The notes under the pieces were generated by a model. That model saw only the letters and a list, made by a program, of their open reading frames with translations. It made no database searches and was not told the origin of the DNA. Below, piece by piece: positions 38,701-52,635 of a stretch of DNA of 64,000 nt. Source of the stretch: Paraspadella gotoi (lineage: Eukaryota > Animalia > Chaetognatha); contig CM119267.1 of NCBI GenBank assembly GCA_051294375.1, forward strand, positions 9,977,458 to 10,041,457, read 5' to 3'. Made by a program: the position numbers and the translations under genes. Position 1 is the stretch's first letter. Each line of letters begins with the position of its first letter.

Positions 38701-41700
38701 TTGTGATAGATATAGATAAATAGAGAGTGAGATTGGATTGGATAAAACATCTGAAGTGCCTGTACTGTGTGTAGTTTGTAGATCAGGCTCTAGTAAATTC
38801 GGATTATCCCCGCCGTTTGTTACTTTTCCAAATACTGCCCCCGAAGGGGTCTTACAATAAAGAGAGAGGGCCAAAATAATGGACCACTCGGTCATTCTTA
38901 ATAACACCTTTAGTTTTTACCCCATGCTCTTTTGAATTTGGTTCAGATACTTGTACGGAAGAGGAATATCGATGCCGCAACTACATTTGCATCCCTTTGG
39001 CCCGTAAGTGTGACGGGCACCTTGATTGTCAATCGGGAGAGGAAGAGGACGATTGCCCGCGACCCACTGCGGTCTGCGATCAGGCCACCCAATTTGACTG
39101 TTTTGGAAACGGTTCCAAATGTTTAGAAGGTGAGGCAAAGCTAGAATCTGTGTGATTATAACCGGTTATATTCTTCCGCGACAAATTTTTACCGCATGCG
39201 TTCTGATTTTCAGGCATCATCCTTGTTTAAAGAGAGGTAACCATTAACTTATTTCTTTGAAAGCATATGTCACATTGAATTGTTTTTACAAATTCGTTTT
39301 CGTTATTATATTATTACTTATAAAAATAGATTCTAGTTCGTTAATTGATCTGCAACAGTTGATGTTGGTGATTTGATATCTATGATTTACAATTTTCGAA
39401 TTAAACGTCCTCGTTGCTTAATTCCTAACTGATGCTGAAAAAGTGATTCCCCCAAATAGATATCCCTGCTTTATTAGGTATTTTAATGGATATATAAGAA
39501 TTTTTTCTTATCCGTTATCGAACGTCGTGTTGATTGGCTCAGAAGTAGATTCAGTTTATTTTATAATAATTGCGCAATTAAGGTAATTGAAACAAAATTT
39601 CTAATGTGTTTCAGTCGCCAAGTTATGCAATGGCAAAGACGATTGCGGTAATGGAGAAGATGAGGATCGTGGATTCTGCGACAAACCAATCAATGAATGT
39701 CTCTTCAAAAATGCGGGATGCGGTCAAATCTGCGTTGACACAAGAAACAGTTTTTACTGTAAATGTAAACCCGGTTTCAAGGTACAATTAATTTTTCCGG
39801 AATCAAGTTTTATGTTAAAATTTTTTTTTTTAATACATACTTTTCTTAAGTTGCTTGAGGATAATCGAACTTGCGACGATGTTAACGAATGTGAAAATTT
39901 CGGAGCATGTTCTCAAATGTGCAAAAATGTAAAAGGTAGGTTTACTGCTCAGAATTAGATTATTCAATTTTTAAAATTTTTGAAATTCAACATTTTGATA
40001 TAGGGCATTTTAAATGCGATTGCTTACCGGGTTACATACTCGACGGAAACGGAAAGTTTTGCAAAGCAAATGGCACTGAGCATTGGATTATCTTCGCCAA
40101 TAAAAAATCAATACGAGGAATCCATCAGGTGCGTGTTATACGGCGATTAAAACTTTAAATATATACAAAATACATATACAAATATATACAAAATTCTCCC
40201 GTCATTTCTCATTATCAGAATACTGGGTACTACGAGGGCGTCGTCGAGAACCTGAGATCCGCGGTGGGAATGGATTATGATTTCGCGACGAAAACTGTGT
40301 ATTGGTCAGACATGTATCACGCAAGAATATTCAGGTGTCTTATTTAATGTAGCCAGCGCCTAACTAAGAACCAAAATGAATGTAATTTTTTTTCTTCAGT
40401 TCTCCGTTAAAGACGTCATCGCGAAAATTAAAGCGAGAATTAATTTCCGACGTGGGTTCCGTGGACTCGCTCGCCGTTGACTGGATCTACCGCCATTTAT
40501 ATTGGTCCGACTCCACCAAGAACCTTATCTCCGTCGCCACGCTCGAGGGCACGTTCCGGAAGACTCTTTTTTCCGACGAGCTCGACGAACCTCGCGCGAT
40601 CGCCCTTGATCCCGCCAAGGGTTGGATGTACTGGACCGATTGGGGATATTCGCCCAAAATAGAAAAGGCTGGAATGGACGGGTCTAATAGGATGGTACGA
40701 GGAATGTCAACTGTAATCTTTTTAGACAGGCTTTAGTCTTTTTCCTCGTCGTAGGTCGTTGTCAAATCTAATCACGTTCAATGGCCCAACGGACTAGCTC
40801 TTGATTTAGTCAATCAAAGGCTATATTGGGTCGATGCCAAACTGCACACTCTCATGACCGCAGACACCAATGGAAAAGATCTGAAAACGATTTTATCATC
40901 CAGTGCCGACCTAGTACGAATTAAAAATGGTTTTTGACCTTTTGATTTTTTATAATTTTTAAGGCTTAATTTAACATTGTTACTTTTTTACGTAAATCAG
41001 AAACACCCTTTTTCGATTGCCGTCTTTGAAGACACGGTATACTGGACAGACTGGACGACACTCGAAATAAAGTCCATCAACAAGTTTAACGGAGCGAACC
41101 TTACCTTGGTGGGATTATCTCAGTCCACTCCGATGGAGATAAAAGGTGAAACAATTAATTTTACCTCTGACAATTTTCCACTATAAATATTAAATTATTT
41201 TCGTATGTTGCTCACTCAGTGTATCAGCAGCAGGCACAGCCACAAATACCTAATCCATGTGGATCCTCGTGCAGTCACTTGTGCTTAGCGTCGCCTATCG
41301 TCCACGGCAACTCTGCCAAATTTGCCTGTTCCTGTCCCGATGGTCTTCGGCGAGACAAGTCCAACCGCAACTCTTGTCAGATTGCTTCCATCGATGGTAA
41401 TGTTCAAGTTGTAACCAGGATCATAAATTTTTGTTTCCCCGTGCAGATAATTCTGTTGTCGACGGAAACATGATTCCGGCGACAAAGTTTCAAAACTATA
41501 CGTAACAATGTTCCTAAAGTTGCCGTAAAATAACTTCAACGCGGTTGAAAATTCTAGTAAATTTTTCTTCTATACAGAGGTACCAGTCACTTCGTCCCCC
41601 GAACGTTCCACAACGCCGTCTGCTTTGTCATCAACAACTCATTCCAACGTCGACATAAGTGAGATCGCGTCGCCAGATTCTCATCCGGGTCGTGTTGCCG

Positions 41701-42071
41701 GGATCGTCATCGGTGTCATTCTTTTGCTCTTGATCATTGCTGTTGCCGTTAGCTTCTTCATTTGGCGTCAGGTGAGAACTTTTGCTACTTTATTTTATTT
41801 TACTTTACGCATATGACACCAGAGAACCTAAGTTCTCCTACCAATAATTATAATCAATAATTATAAGTATGTATAACTTGTTTTTCAATCTTAGCTGACG
41901 ACGAATCGGAGCATAAAATCATTGAACTTTGATAATCCCGTTTATCGTCGTACTACCGAGTCCGACGACACCTTCAGCCTCGAGAAGCATCAATATCACC
42001 CCGGCGGATCTATCCATTCCTTCGCGTCTTCGATGGAACCGCTCACAGGGTCGGGAAACGAATGCGTATGA
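35756..42071 (+). CDS. VLDLR: VLDL receptor / lipophorin receptor (LR8-type LDLR family), multi-exon
   Basis: Signal peptide [24 protein letters not shown], eight LDLa repeats (including exon 38947-39129, which the ORF track missed), EGF repeats, YWTD propeller, Ser/Thr-rich stalk, [26 protein letters not shown], and NFDNPVY internalization motif. Confidence 0.93.
37669..38570. repeat. About 900-bp polypyrimidine (TC)n/T-run low-complexity tract in a VLDLR intron
   Basis: Only C and T are visible on the + strand across the tract. Confidence 0.97.
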
Positions 42072-42950
42072 TTTTGTTTGATACTTCTGCTTTTTTATGG
42101 GATAAGCGTTATTCTTACTCACTAGGTATCTAATTATCATTTATTTCACAAAAAATTTCTCAAGCCATGACAACTTGTAAGGCGGGGCGTTTTGATCATC
42201 AGATCATCACTTCTAATATTGTTTTAAACGCAATCATGAACATTGAACAAGTGATTTAGTGCAATCACATTTTTAATATATGTAAACTTTAGTTCTTTCT
42301 AAAATGTTTGTTCCTCAATTCGTTTAAATATTATTATTTTTTTGAAATGTGATGTCAGAGATTAATCGAATATCTTATCACATTTGCACGTTCCAGGTTT
42401 CTTAGCAATAATTTATGCAAATGATTTACATAATTTTATCGCATCCCAGTCATTTTTTATACCCATGTGCCAAAGTCATTGTTTGTAGTGACTCATTCTT
42501 TTTTATTTCAAGTAAATTTAGATAAATTATGTTATATACAAAGTATACAATGTAGCAGCACTTTTAACAAGAAGGGATTTTTTTATTGTTTGAAGTTACA
42601 TTCTATGATTCTTTTTAATTATCCTCTAGTCTAATTTCTTTTGGCAATATTTCTACTTACCGTTTTATAATAAATTCCTTGCGAAAATAATTTTATACGT
42701 CATTTAAAAAAGTCCAATGAGCTTGAAGAATATTCAAATATCATAGATATTTTAAAAAGAATATAACCATGCCACAGCTAGATATTCAAAACGGATAGTA
42801 TACAGTATTAATGTGGTCCTATTAAAATTTTTAAATGATTACACGATAAATGTCAGGATGTATTTTTTTGCCTTTTTTTATATTTTTGTTCTACTTTTAT
42901 TTTGATTTCATTATATTTAAAAAATATACTTATCCTTACAAAAGTTACTG

Positions 42951-43942
42951 TTTTCATAACTTGAATAATTTACATGGTGACAATTTTACAAGCGCCGGTA
43001 GAAATACGCTGTCATTTGCAAACCAGTGGTTATTTCATTGATTTTAAAAATTAGTTGAGTAGAACATATTAAAGTCATTTATGTGTTCAAATTTTATTTT
43101 GATCAGTTAAGATATGCCTTGGCAATGAGTGGAGAAAGTTGGCTTGTAAAATCGGGTTTCATTTTCTAACTCACTTTTTTGATTAAATTTTTTTCTTTTA
43201 CTTTCAGTAAGTTTTCTGAAAAAATTTGAAATAAAATAATATTAATATTATTATCTTCTGAAAGCCCTTTCAAATCTAAAGAGAATGACATACTTACAAA
43301 TACTGTAGTATAAAATTTAACCGGCCCGGCTTTAATTTAATTAGGATACTCAAAAACAAGACATCTTTCCAAAAATCAATAGCTGGAGGGTAAATTTAGG
43401 ATTTTTATTAAATTGTGATTTGCTATCTTAAATCTCTTTTTTTCAGGCTCTTTCATGATACTTATATAAATAATAATATTTTATGTTATAATAATTTAAA
43501 CGGGTCATATATTTTAAAAAAAGATTTGAAATTTTAGATAATTAACTTTTAACTCTTCTAATTGAACCAAGGCTGGGCAGCTTAATTTTTATGTTAGAGC
43601 TTTTGTAAGTATATCATTCTCATTTTTTTAAGAGCTTTCTGGGAATATTAATATTGTTAATATATTAATAAATACTTTGTTTAAAAAACAGCTAAAAGTT
43701 TAAAAAAAAAAGAATTTAAAAACAGTGAGTTGGAAAATAAAACCCGATTTTACAAGCCAACTTTCTCCACTCATTGCCAAGGCATATCTTAACTGATCAA
43801 TATAAAATTTGAACACATAAATGACTTTAATATGTTCTACTCAACTAATTTTTAAAATCAATGAAATAACCACTGGTTTGCAAATGACAGCGTATTTCTA
43901 CCGGCGCTTGTAAAATTGTCACCATGTATTAAGTTATGAAAA
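42951..43942. mobile_element. About 1-kb foldback/palindromic element with arms of about 205 bp that are nearly identical
   Basis: 42971-43175 is the reverse complement of 43724-43928 with about 3 mismatches. Ends read TA-CATGGTGAC...GTCACCATG-TA, and degenerate symmetry continues inward and outward. Confidence 0.88.
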
Positions 43943-44396
43943 AAATAATTTTTGAATGCTTATGAAAGCCTTTTGCACTAAAATTTGGGAGGTTCAAAGA
44001 AACATTTTGTCCGTTTGGAGTGACATCTGACGAGTGTTTTCTCGCATCAGACCCTTACCACGCTTCCCCCAGAAAAACCTCTTTCAGTAAGTTAGTGGAT
44101 TTTTAACCAATCAGACGAGCCTGCACCTACCGCCGGCCATTCACGTCATCTATTATTATATTTCGCATAAACAAGGAACATGTGAATCGTCCCTCGCGTC
44201 GTTGGACTCCAATACAATAAACTGACACACGACTGATTTCAAATCGCATGGTTTTTTAATGGTGACATCGTGATCTTTAGAATCCGGCATGCACTGAGCC
44301 TTTTGAATATCGGTAATAAATTCGTATACCTTGATCGACCCGCGCTTTTCGCTCCGCTAATTCGCGGGTCCGCGCGACGACGTAAGGGGAAGTGCG

Positions 44397-47300
44397 ATGC
44401 CGGCGCAAGCCTGCGAAACCTTATGCCTCCCGGTCGTCGATTCGCTACGGGCATCGCTCGCCAAAGATGGCGTATTGAATCGAACCTGGAACGGCGCTAC
44501 AACATCCGGTAAGAGACATAAGCCGTCTAATTCCTATTTATTGATTTAATATTCAATTTACTCTGAATTATGTTCCCCAATTGTAGACGAGTTACACGGA
44601 TTTCTGCAATCAACTTCTTCGAAGAGCATCTTGTCTGAAAAAATTGAGTTTGCGCCCCCGACTAGCGAGGACACTTCGAGTCCTTATGATGGTCTGAAGC
44701 TGAAGTACCGCGTTCCGACTCCAGCCACTAAAGCAGGTAGCTTTTCACAACGCTGTAAGACAGACATACCGGTCGAAAGGTGACTTATGCGAAGTTGTTC
44801 CCAGAATACAGAAGGCTTCATTTTATAATATTAGGTACCCCTTTTTTGCGACCAGAATCATGAAAATTTACATATAGAGTCCTAATGACAATATAAATGG
44901 AACTATCGAGGCGAATTTTTATATTCAACCCCTGACAAGAGATACACGGCCCTGGGGGTGGCTCCCTGGGGGGCCTAAAAAAGATAAAAATTTTTTAAAA
45001 ATTTTTTAAAATTGATTAGTAGCATCAGATGCATTGACGTTTTAAACATATTGAAAACTTATCAATTTTAGTTCAAAAATGTTTTTTTTATAATTAAGCA
45101 ATAAGCATGGTTTGAAGATGCATGGTTCATCGTTTTATTTCCAATTTTCCCAAATTATTCCAAATCTGACTTGAACTGCTGATGTTCATGAAGCTGAAAG
45201 GTAAATTAATATTTTTGTGGTAATAAACACGTTTTTGTGGAAGTGTAAACGTCTATGCAACTGTTCCAAACAAAAATAATGAATAGTTCTATTTGTATTC
45301 ATATCGGGATCGTTCATACCAAATTTCAATAAATTTTATCCAGTATTTTTCTTGGAACTGGTAATATGAAGCCTTCTGTACTCGCTGCTCAACAAGAATG
45401 AGCACTGATCAACTGTTACTAAATGTGATTATTTTAAACAAATAACCTTCATCATATTTTCTTCATAAATCACGAAGAATTTTTATTAAACACTTTATAC
45501 GAACGTTCAAAACGGTATTCTCTTGCTTATCAGAGATTGAAAAGGAACATTACCGTTTTATTATTTTGGTAAATATGCATTCATTGTTGAAAGTTATTAT
45601 ATACATTTAATCATATTTCTTGCTGTTTAGTAATATTGCCACAAAAAATATGCTATTTTTCCGTCTCTAGATACGATGCTGATCAGTGGCGGCGCTGCGT
45701 TGCAACCCTCCACCTCCAAGTCTCCGACGCCCAGCATCGGATCCGGGATCTCATCTGTTTCCTCTAATTCGGTTTCGCCTTCCGTCGGACGACCCAAGGG
45801 GGAAGAGCTTCCCGAGCCAAAGCATTGCCTTTGCCCCCCGGAAAAAGTTAACGTCAGGTTGGTTCCTTGTTTTTTTTTTACCAAAAATAATAACTCTGAA
45901 GTCAGAATTTATGTAATGCATGTAACGGTAAAGTCAATAGGATAATGCTTATTTCTATAAATAAAAATCTTAAAAGTATAGTGATCTCGCCTGACGTTAT
46001 TATCAAAAAAATTAATAAAAAAATTAGGAAAAAAAGATTTATTGATACGATTATGAACTATTGATATAATAATAATTAATTAATAAAATAATAATTTATT
46101 GATGTAATAGTAATTTATTGATGTAATAGTAATTTATTGATGTAATAGTAATTTATTGATGTAATAATAATTTATTGATGTAATAATAATTTATTGATGT
46201 AATAATAATTTATTGATGTAATAATAATTTATTGATGTAATAATAATTTATTGATGTAATAATAATTTATTGATGTAATAATAATTATTGATGTAATAAT
46301 AATTATTGATGTAATAATAATTATTGATGCGATAATAGTTATTCATTGTAAATAAAATAAATGCGTGTATGAGGGAGAGAGCGATATATAATTAAAAGTT
46401 TTCAAACAAGTGACAGCGAAGGAGAAAAAGAGAGAACGATATATAATTAAAATATAATTCATAATAATTTTTATTTAAAATTGTTTTATAAATAAAATAT
46501 AAACATGCATGTTGTAATATAAAAATATGAATCTAAAAGATCTTGCCGATTAGAAGCTATATCTAAATTTTTAGCTTATGATTACACATTTTTACAATTT
46601 TTAATTGTAAAAAAGCGTGACGACGATAATGACGACGACGGTCACAAAGAAGCAGAAGCGAACCAATATCACGCCAAGACTGGCTTAAGCTCGTCTGGCG
46701 AGATAAAAATAAAGAATTAAATAAAGTTCTTAATTTCCAGAAACCTATGAAATTGGTACAACCAATATAAAAATTATCCATTCATTTAATAAATAAGCTA
46801 TCTTGCCCCTGACTTTGGACAGGCTTTGGTGGTTTAAGGCCTCCATCACTCTTACAAGATAATTACATAGCAGGTCCCTGCAAGCTTTCAATCAAGACTC
46901 TCTCACAGTCCCGTTTATTTACTCCCAGATTACCTGGCTTCCCTATCAATGAAGTGGAAAATATTTCAAAGACTGTTTCAATTGTATGAAAAGACCACTC
47001 CCTTAAGTATTAGATCGGGGAATACTTATTGTACTCCGCACTAGCATCAAAATACAAGGAGCTGAATTTTATGAAATTGGTACAACCAATATAAAAATTA
47101 TCCATTCATTTAATAAATAAGCTATCTTGCCCCTGACTTTGGACAGGCTTTGGTGGTTTAAGGCCTCCATCACTCTTATATATCATCGACGGCAACTACA
47201 ACAACAACAAAAACCAACTTTGCATCATATTTTGTTAGAAGTTGAAATCATTAGCTTAACTGAATAAATAAAATCTCGCCAATATTACGAAAACAACCAT

Positions 47301-50300
47301 GCCGTAATCCACAAAATTTCTAAAACTGTAAATCTGTATTTAATAATTTATAATCAACAAAATAAAAATTAAAAAAATATAATTCAATAAAATTAATCCC
47401 AATCCCTTTCTCTTAACGTCTTTTTTCTTATCTCAACAATTTAGATGGAAGAAGTCGCTCTCCATGTCTGGCGGAGCAGGTTGCGGTCTCGCAAATATGG
47501 GAAATACTTGTTTCTTGAACTCAACTCTTCAGGTATGATTCGAAAAGGTTCATGTTTGCGGTGATATTGCCCGGGTCAATTATTTTCGGTTATTGATATT
47601 TTCAGTGCCTATCTCACACGGCGCCTCTGGTCAATTATCTGCTTGCGGGTGAACACCGTGGATGTCGCGCATCCACACAATTCTGCATGATGTGCGAACT
47701 CCAGTATCATGTATCTATGGTAAATTTAAAAGTTAATTCACAATGTCTTTTGAAAAAAATGTTCGTCCACAAACCATTACTTTTTTATTACAACAGTCGT
47801 TTAAAAATTCGGGCGGAGTCATGAGGCCGAATAGAATAATCAGCAAGTTAAAACTCATATGCGCCAGGTAAAAAAGCACAATTTTTACATTTTTAATTCG
47901 TGCATTTTTGATAATATATTCTTAATGTTATTTTCTCAAAACTACAGTATGCGAATCGGGAGACAAGAAGACGCGCACGAGTTTCTTCGATATGTCATAG
48001 AAGCCGCACACAAATCTCTTTTAATGGGTAATTATTTATTATGTTTTCTGCAGTTGCGTAATTTTTTTAACTCCTAAAATTTTATTCCCTTAGCTTATTA
48101 AAAATTTATTCTCATATGTTTGTCATAGTTAAACTTTAATTTTATTTAACGTATTTCTAAGCATTTTTACAAAAAAAAGTTCGTTAATATATTAAAAAGT
48201 GCAATGTTAAATTTAAAAACTGCTTTATTATGTTTATACTAGGACTACCGCCGAAATTAGATCAGTACAGCAAGGAAACTACGCTGATCAACCAGATCTT
48301 TAGTGGTTACCACCGATCTCAAGTGCAGTGCACTGTTTGTCACGGAAACTTCAATACGTACGATCTCTTCATGGACATATCGATCGACATAAAGAGTCTA
48401 CCGTCTGTGACGCGCGGTTTGGAAAAGTTCATCACTCCCGAATTATTAGACCAAGACAACGCGTATTACTGCACCAACTGCCGGCGAAAGGTGGCTGCAC
48501 GAAAGCGCTTCACCATCCACAAGGCACCCAAAGTTTTGACTTTGCAGCTCAAACGTTTCGACTACAATCGTGGCTTCAATGGGGGAAAAATCAACAAATT
48601 CATCCAGTATCCATCGCACCTTAATCTTCAGCCGTTTATGAGCTCAAAGAAAGACCCAGTTCCGTATTCGTTGTATGCGGTTCTCGTTCACGAGGGATTT
48701 TCGTGCAACAGTGGCCATTATTATTGCTTCGTCAAGGCGCCAAATGGAACATGGTATCTCATGAACGATTCACAAGTCATGCCTTGCAGTCACGACAAAG
48801 TCTTGCATCAGGTAAGAAAACCATTTCGATTTTTTAAGTATATATGTATGTTTTGTGTAATGTGTATTGTAAACATCTGTTTAATTGGACGTCTTTTATT
48901 TATTTTCAGAACGCTTACTTGTTGTTCTATCTTCAACAATCCTCCGCAAACCAAAGCCCAGAAAAAAGTTCCACTCTCGCCTCGGCTTCACTTCCGAAAG
49001 ACAAAGAAAGGTCTCATAGTGGAAGCATGCAAAATCTTATAGGGCCCAGATTGCCGTCAGCAGGGCCCAAGACAATCTCGGAAACATCGAAGACTCCGAA
49101 AATCAAGTTCCTTAGCGGTTTCAAATCTGGGACCGCTGTTTCCGGATCGACAACGCAATCCGAAGCGTCTTCGCGTCAGAGCGCAATCGCACCGCACGCT
49201 AATATTTTTCAAAACTTTAGCACTTCCGTGACTCATCTCCCGCAACAGCGCGACAAGGTATCCTTCGGAATTCAACCGCTGGGCATCAAGAAAGAGGCCA
49301 ACGCTCCTTCTTCGTCTCGAGGTCAGGTCGGCAATGCTGCGTCGACTAACTTGTCTCCTGACCGATCGCCGCTTAAATCCCCTTCTGGTAAAGACGAAAG
49401 TCCCAAGATCACGATGAAGATCAAGGGGAACCGAGTCGTGTACAACTCGGCTTTGGATCCCGACGCCCGTCCGGTTGAGGACGCAGTGCGACAATCCTCT
49501 AACGTCGCCGCTTATCCCGTCAAACGATTAGCGTCGATATCTTCCCTGGTGCCCTATGAGGAAGATTCTTCTTCCTCGGCAGAGGAAGCGTTTCGAAAAA
49601 CCACTACATCCTCCTCCAAATCAGAATCAACGCGGGAGGCTTTCAAAGGGGAGAAGTTTACTTCTGAAACTGAGCGAAAACCCGTCGTAGTTCAGGAAAT
49701 TAAGCCGAAGCTTGAAAAAGAAACTCCGAAGGTCCCTTACTCTCCACCAAGTACCGATTCGTCGCCTCCTTCGAACTCGTTGCCCACCTTTTCCTCTTCC
49801 TCTTCTCCGTCGGGATTAAGGTTACCCCTCTCCAACCCGAGTTCCCCGGGTTCCTCGTCGAACATAAAAACTACGACGCCGGGAAAGTGGAAAGTTTCCG
49901 ACGGTCTCAAGAGCCCCGTCTGCGGCTCTGAGTCTAGTCACGGCTCTATTAACTCTACCCATTCGGAATGGATCGTCCGCGAAAGTACCATCACTCCCGC
50001 CGGTAAATCTGGTCCTGCTCCCGGAATTGCCTCGCAGGAGTGGAGCGTGGATGACGAACCGAAATCACCTTTGGGACGTCGGGATGAGACTAGAGACTCT
50101 GCGCGTCACTCAGTTCCTTCTCGCGAATACGTGGGGAAAGAGCGATTAGCTGGTGATTCTTTCAGACTGGGAGACTCTTCTGTTGATTCCTCCTTTAAAA
50201 TTCGTTTGAAGAAAGCTTCGACCTCTGTAGTTCCAAAGACATTCCAGATTGAAAAGCAACGTTTCGATCGTTCCTCTCGAGATGATTGTCGAGAGCGGAA

Positions 50301-51381
50301 CGTCTCTCGTCAGGAACGTCGAGAGGGAGATGATTTTCCGCATAATTCCCGCCCTAATAGCCCGCAACGTCATTCCCGTCACAACAGCACCGACCTCTAC
50401 CCCCGTCTCCCCAACTCGGAGCGCCCATCGCGACACGCCAGTCCCGAACGCCACTTTCGAGGTTCATCCCGCCAGGACAGTCCGACTCGCCGATCTGAGA
50501 AGCACCGCCCTCGTTACGAATCCCCGAAGAGCGGGCATCGCCTTTCTCCTTCGCGGTCTCGACGATCCAGCGCGTCGCCGTGTCGAATTGGTAAACGACG
50601 AGATTCTTCCCGCGATCGAAGCTACGCTAACAAAGAAGTTTCCAGGAAGAAACGACACTCTAGCACAGAATCCGAAACGAGCTCGGCCAAAAAAAGGAGG
50701 AGCGACAAGCAATATCCAGACTCTACCCACGCCAGCACCACAGAGGACGAAAGAGTAGAGAAGAAGAAAAAGAAAAAGAAAGAAAAGAAGAAGAAGAAAA
50801 AGAGAGAAAAGGAAAGCAAATATGAATGGGTGGAAAAAACGAAGGAGAGTTGCGTTACAAAGGTGAAAAACAATAATGGAGAAAAAGTTAAAATCACCGA
50901 AACTAAGGAGCACATTGTCCGCCACAAGCCCAAGGGCAACGAAGATGCATTGACGCGCCCCGAGAAACCCACGAAATTATCACCGACGTCCGTCCCAACC
51001 AAAATTTGGGACCAACCGATGTTCCAGAAGAACAAAAGTCAGAAGGTCGAGTCGGGATCTACAACCAAGAACGTAGGGACCGAAAAGAAGGAATCGGTGT
51101 GGGACTTTTTTAGCAAAAATCGGGGTATTCAGGGCTACGGTGGAAAGACTGTCAACAGTTGGGATGACAAACCTTCGAAGCATCAAGAAGTAAAGAACGC
51201 TCCAGACAACAACTGCTCGTCTGACGAAGAAATGGATAGAGGAAAAGTTAAAAAAGTTAAAAAGAAAATAGTTCCAAACGTAGCTAATTTTAATTTTAAT
51301 CCTTTCCAAAAACACTATGAAAACAAATCACGATCTACCAGCATTAGCGCGACTAGTTTCTCTTATGGAGGTCTGACTTAG
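44397..51381 (+). CDS. USP36: Ubiquitin carboxyl-terminal hydrolase USP36/42 (scrawny-like)
   Basis: N-terminus LPVVDSLRASL...SKSILSEKIEFAP, Cys box GLANMGNTCFLNSTLQ, GRQEDAHEFLRY, His box YAVLVHEGFSCNSGHYYCFVK...MNDS, a Lys-rich tract, and C-terminal DEEMDRGKVKKVKK...FNPFQ. Confidence 0.93.
44807..45404 (+). mobile_element. HINE/MITE-like element in a USP36 intron (same family as 8870-9389)
   Basis: TACAGAAGGCTTCA / TGAAGCCTTCTGTA inverted repeat, followed by the stem-loop TGCTCA-ACAAGAA-TGAGCA. Confidence 0.6.
45965..46710 (-). mobile_element. HINE-like element containing a minisatellite
   Basis: IR ATCTCGCCTGAC (about 45984) / GTCTGGCGAGAT (about 46693), GAC/GTC repeats near one end, and minus-strand 3' end CTTTTAAGATTTTT shared with the element ending near 38702. 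Confidence 0.5.
46091..46330. repeat. 18-19-bp AT-rich minisatellite, about 12-13 copies
   Basis: The unit AATTTATTGATGTAATAGT drifts to AATTTATTGATGTAATAAT and then to an 18-mer. Confidence 0.93.
46746..47178 (+). repeat. 109-bp perfect direct repeat pair
   Basis: 46746-46854 is identical to 47070-47178. A partial inverted third copy lies at 36710-36779. Confidence 0.9.
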
Positions 51382-52635
51382 CTTTTAGACGGATTTGCAT
51401 TTTTGTATTGTCTACTTTGCTACCGAAAATAAACGATCTTGCTCACGGTTAAGCTATTTAGAATAATTTGATTTTTAATTGTAAAATATACCGGAAAACC
51501 CTTTTTTACTTCGTTATTAATGAAAGCCTATGAAGATTATTGAATATATTGATGTGTGGAATTCTTTTACACAAATACAATACGTGGTCATAATTCATAT
51601 AATATTGCTAGTTCGTTTGCTCTATGAAATTTACTAGTTACATTTCATTGTTTAGTTTTTTATTTTGGCATTATAGTAAGTTACTATTTGATAGACGGCT
51701 TCCTTTTTCCAAATTCGGATTATTTTAAAAAAATATTTTTTACTTTTCTTGCTCTATTAATGTTTGTCGTTGACGTTAAGAAGACTCGTATTCTCAGAAT
51801 GTTGGGTCAAAGTTCAAATACTGATATCGAAGGTGCGGTATTCAAAGGTGAAGTAGACGAATTAGTTATCATACACGGTCATCCAAATTAAAGTAAAATT
51901 TATTCCTCCTAATATACAATTTTTATAAGGTATATTATAATTTATATTATTATGAATAAAAATGTTTATAGTTGAATTTTTCTTACATTATAATAATTTT
52001 CATTTTATATTTTTGTTAACAACGGAGTCGGTTATATTTTTATTTTAAAAAAAAAAATCTTATAAAATCTTTATTTTGATATCCCGCTTAAAATTTTTAA
52101 TTTACGCTTTTAAGGATATATGTAGCATAACGCAGCGAAATGTAATATTTAATTTTTTAAAATTTAATAAAGATAATATTAATTGTTTATAAGCGATAAA
52201 ACCAAAAAAGATAAATTAGGAGGTGGGGGATAATTTTAAATTTTTTATTCATTGTAGTATTATTTAGTTACTAAAGGCTCAGTATCTTTCTAATTGACCA
52301 ATTTGAATTAAATAACTTTATTTAAACTAAGTTCATAGTCTAGTTTACAATTTAAAAATAAGAGTAGCGACTCGGATCTATCCCTTAGGTTCGCATGCAA
52401 GTCTTATGTCTTTACCACTGGAAATGGAGTTAATCGAAAAATGCCGTGTAGCTTTGATAGGCTGCAGCTTGAGCGACGCAGCAGAGCAGAATGGTATGAC
52501 CGGGATTCAAAAGTTAAAAGACCGGGTTTCTCTCCGCCAGAGTAAAGTTCAATATCAATTTTTCGATTCAAGACATTTGAACTGAAGACGTGGAACAGGT
52601 TTCTGATTATTTTAATTTGGTGATAAAAACTTGCA

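Noticed and set aside
37208-39614. Apparent truncated LDLa repeat in VLDLR
   Set aside because: A hidden exon at 38947-39129 supplies repeat 7 and the first half of repeat 8.
44025-44052. CTGACGAG hairpin resembling a hammerhead ribozyme core
   Set aside because: No GAAA motif or third stem follows stem II.
46091-46330. Regular repeat array considered as a possible CRISPR
   Set aside because: Head-to-tail minisatellite with no unique spacers, in a eukaryotic intron.
52400-52590. Possible upstream SHMT exon or mitochondrial targeting peptide
   Set aside because: Short ORFs only; no convincing in-phase splice to ATG 52636 was found.
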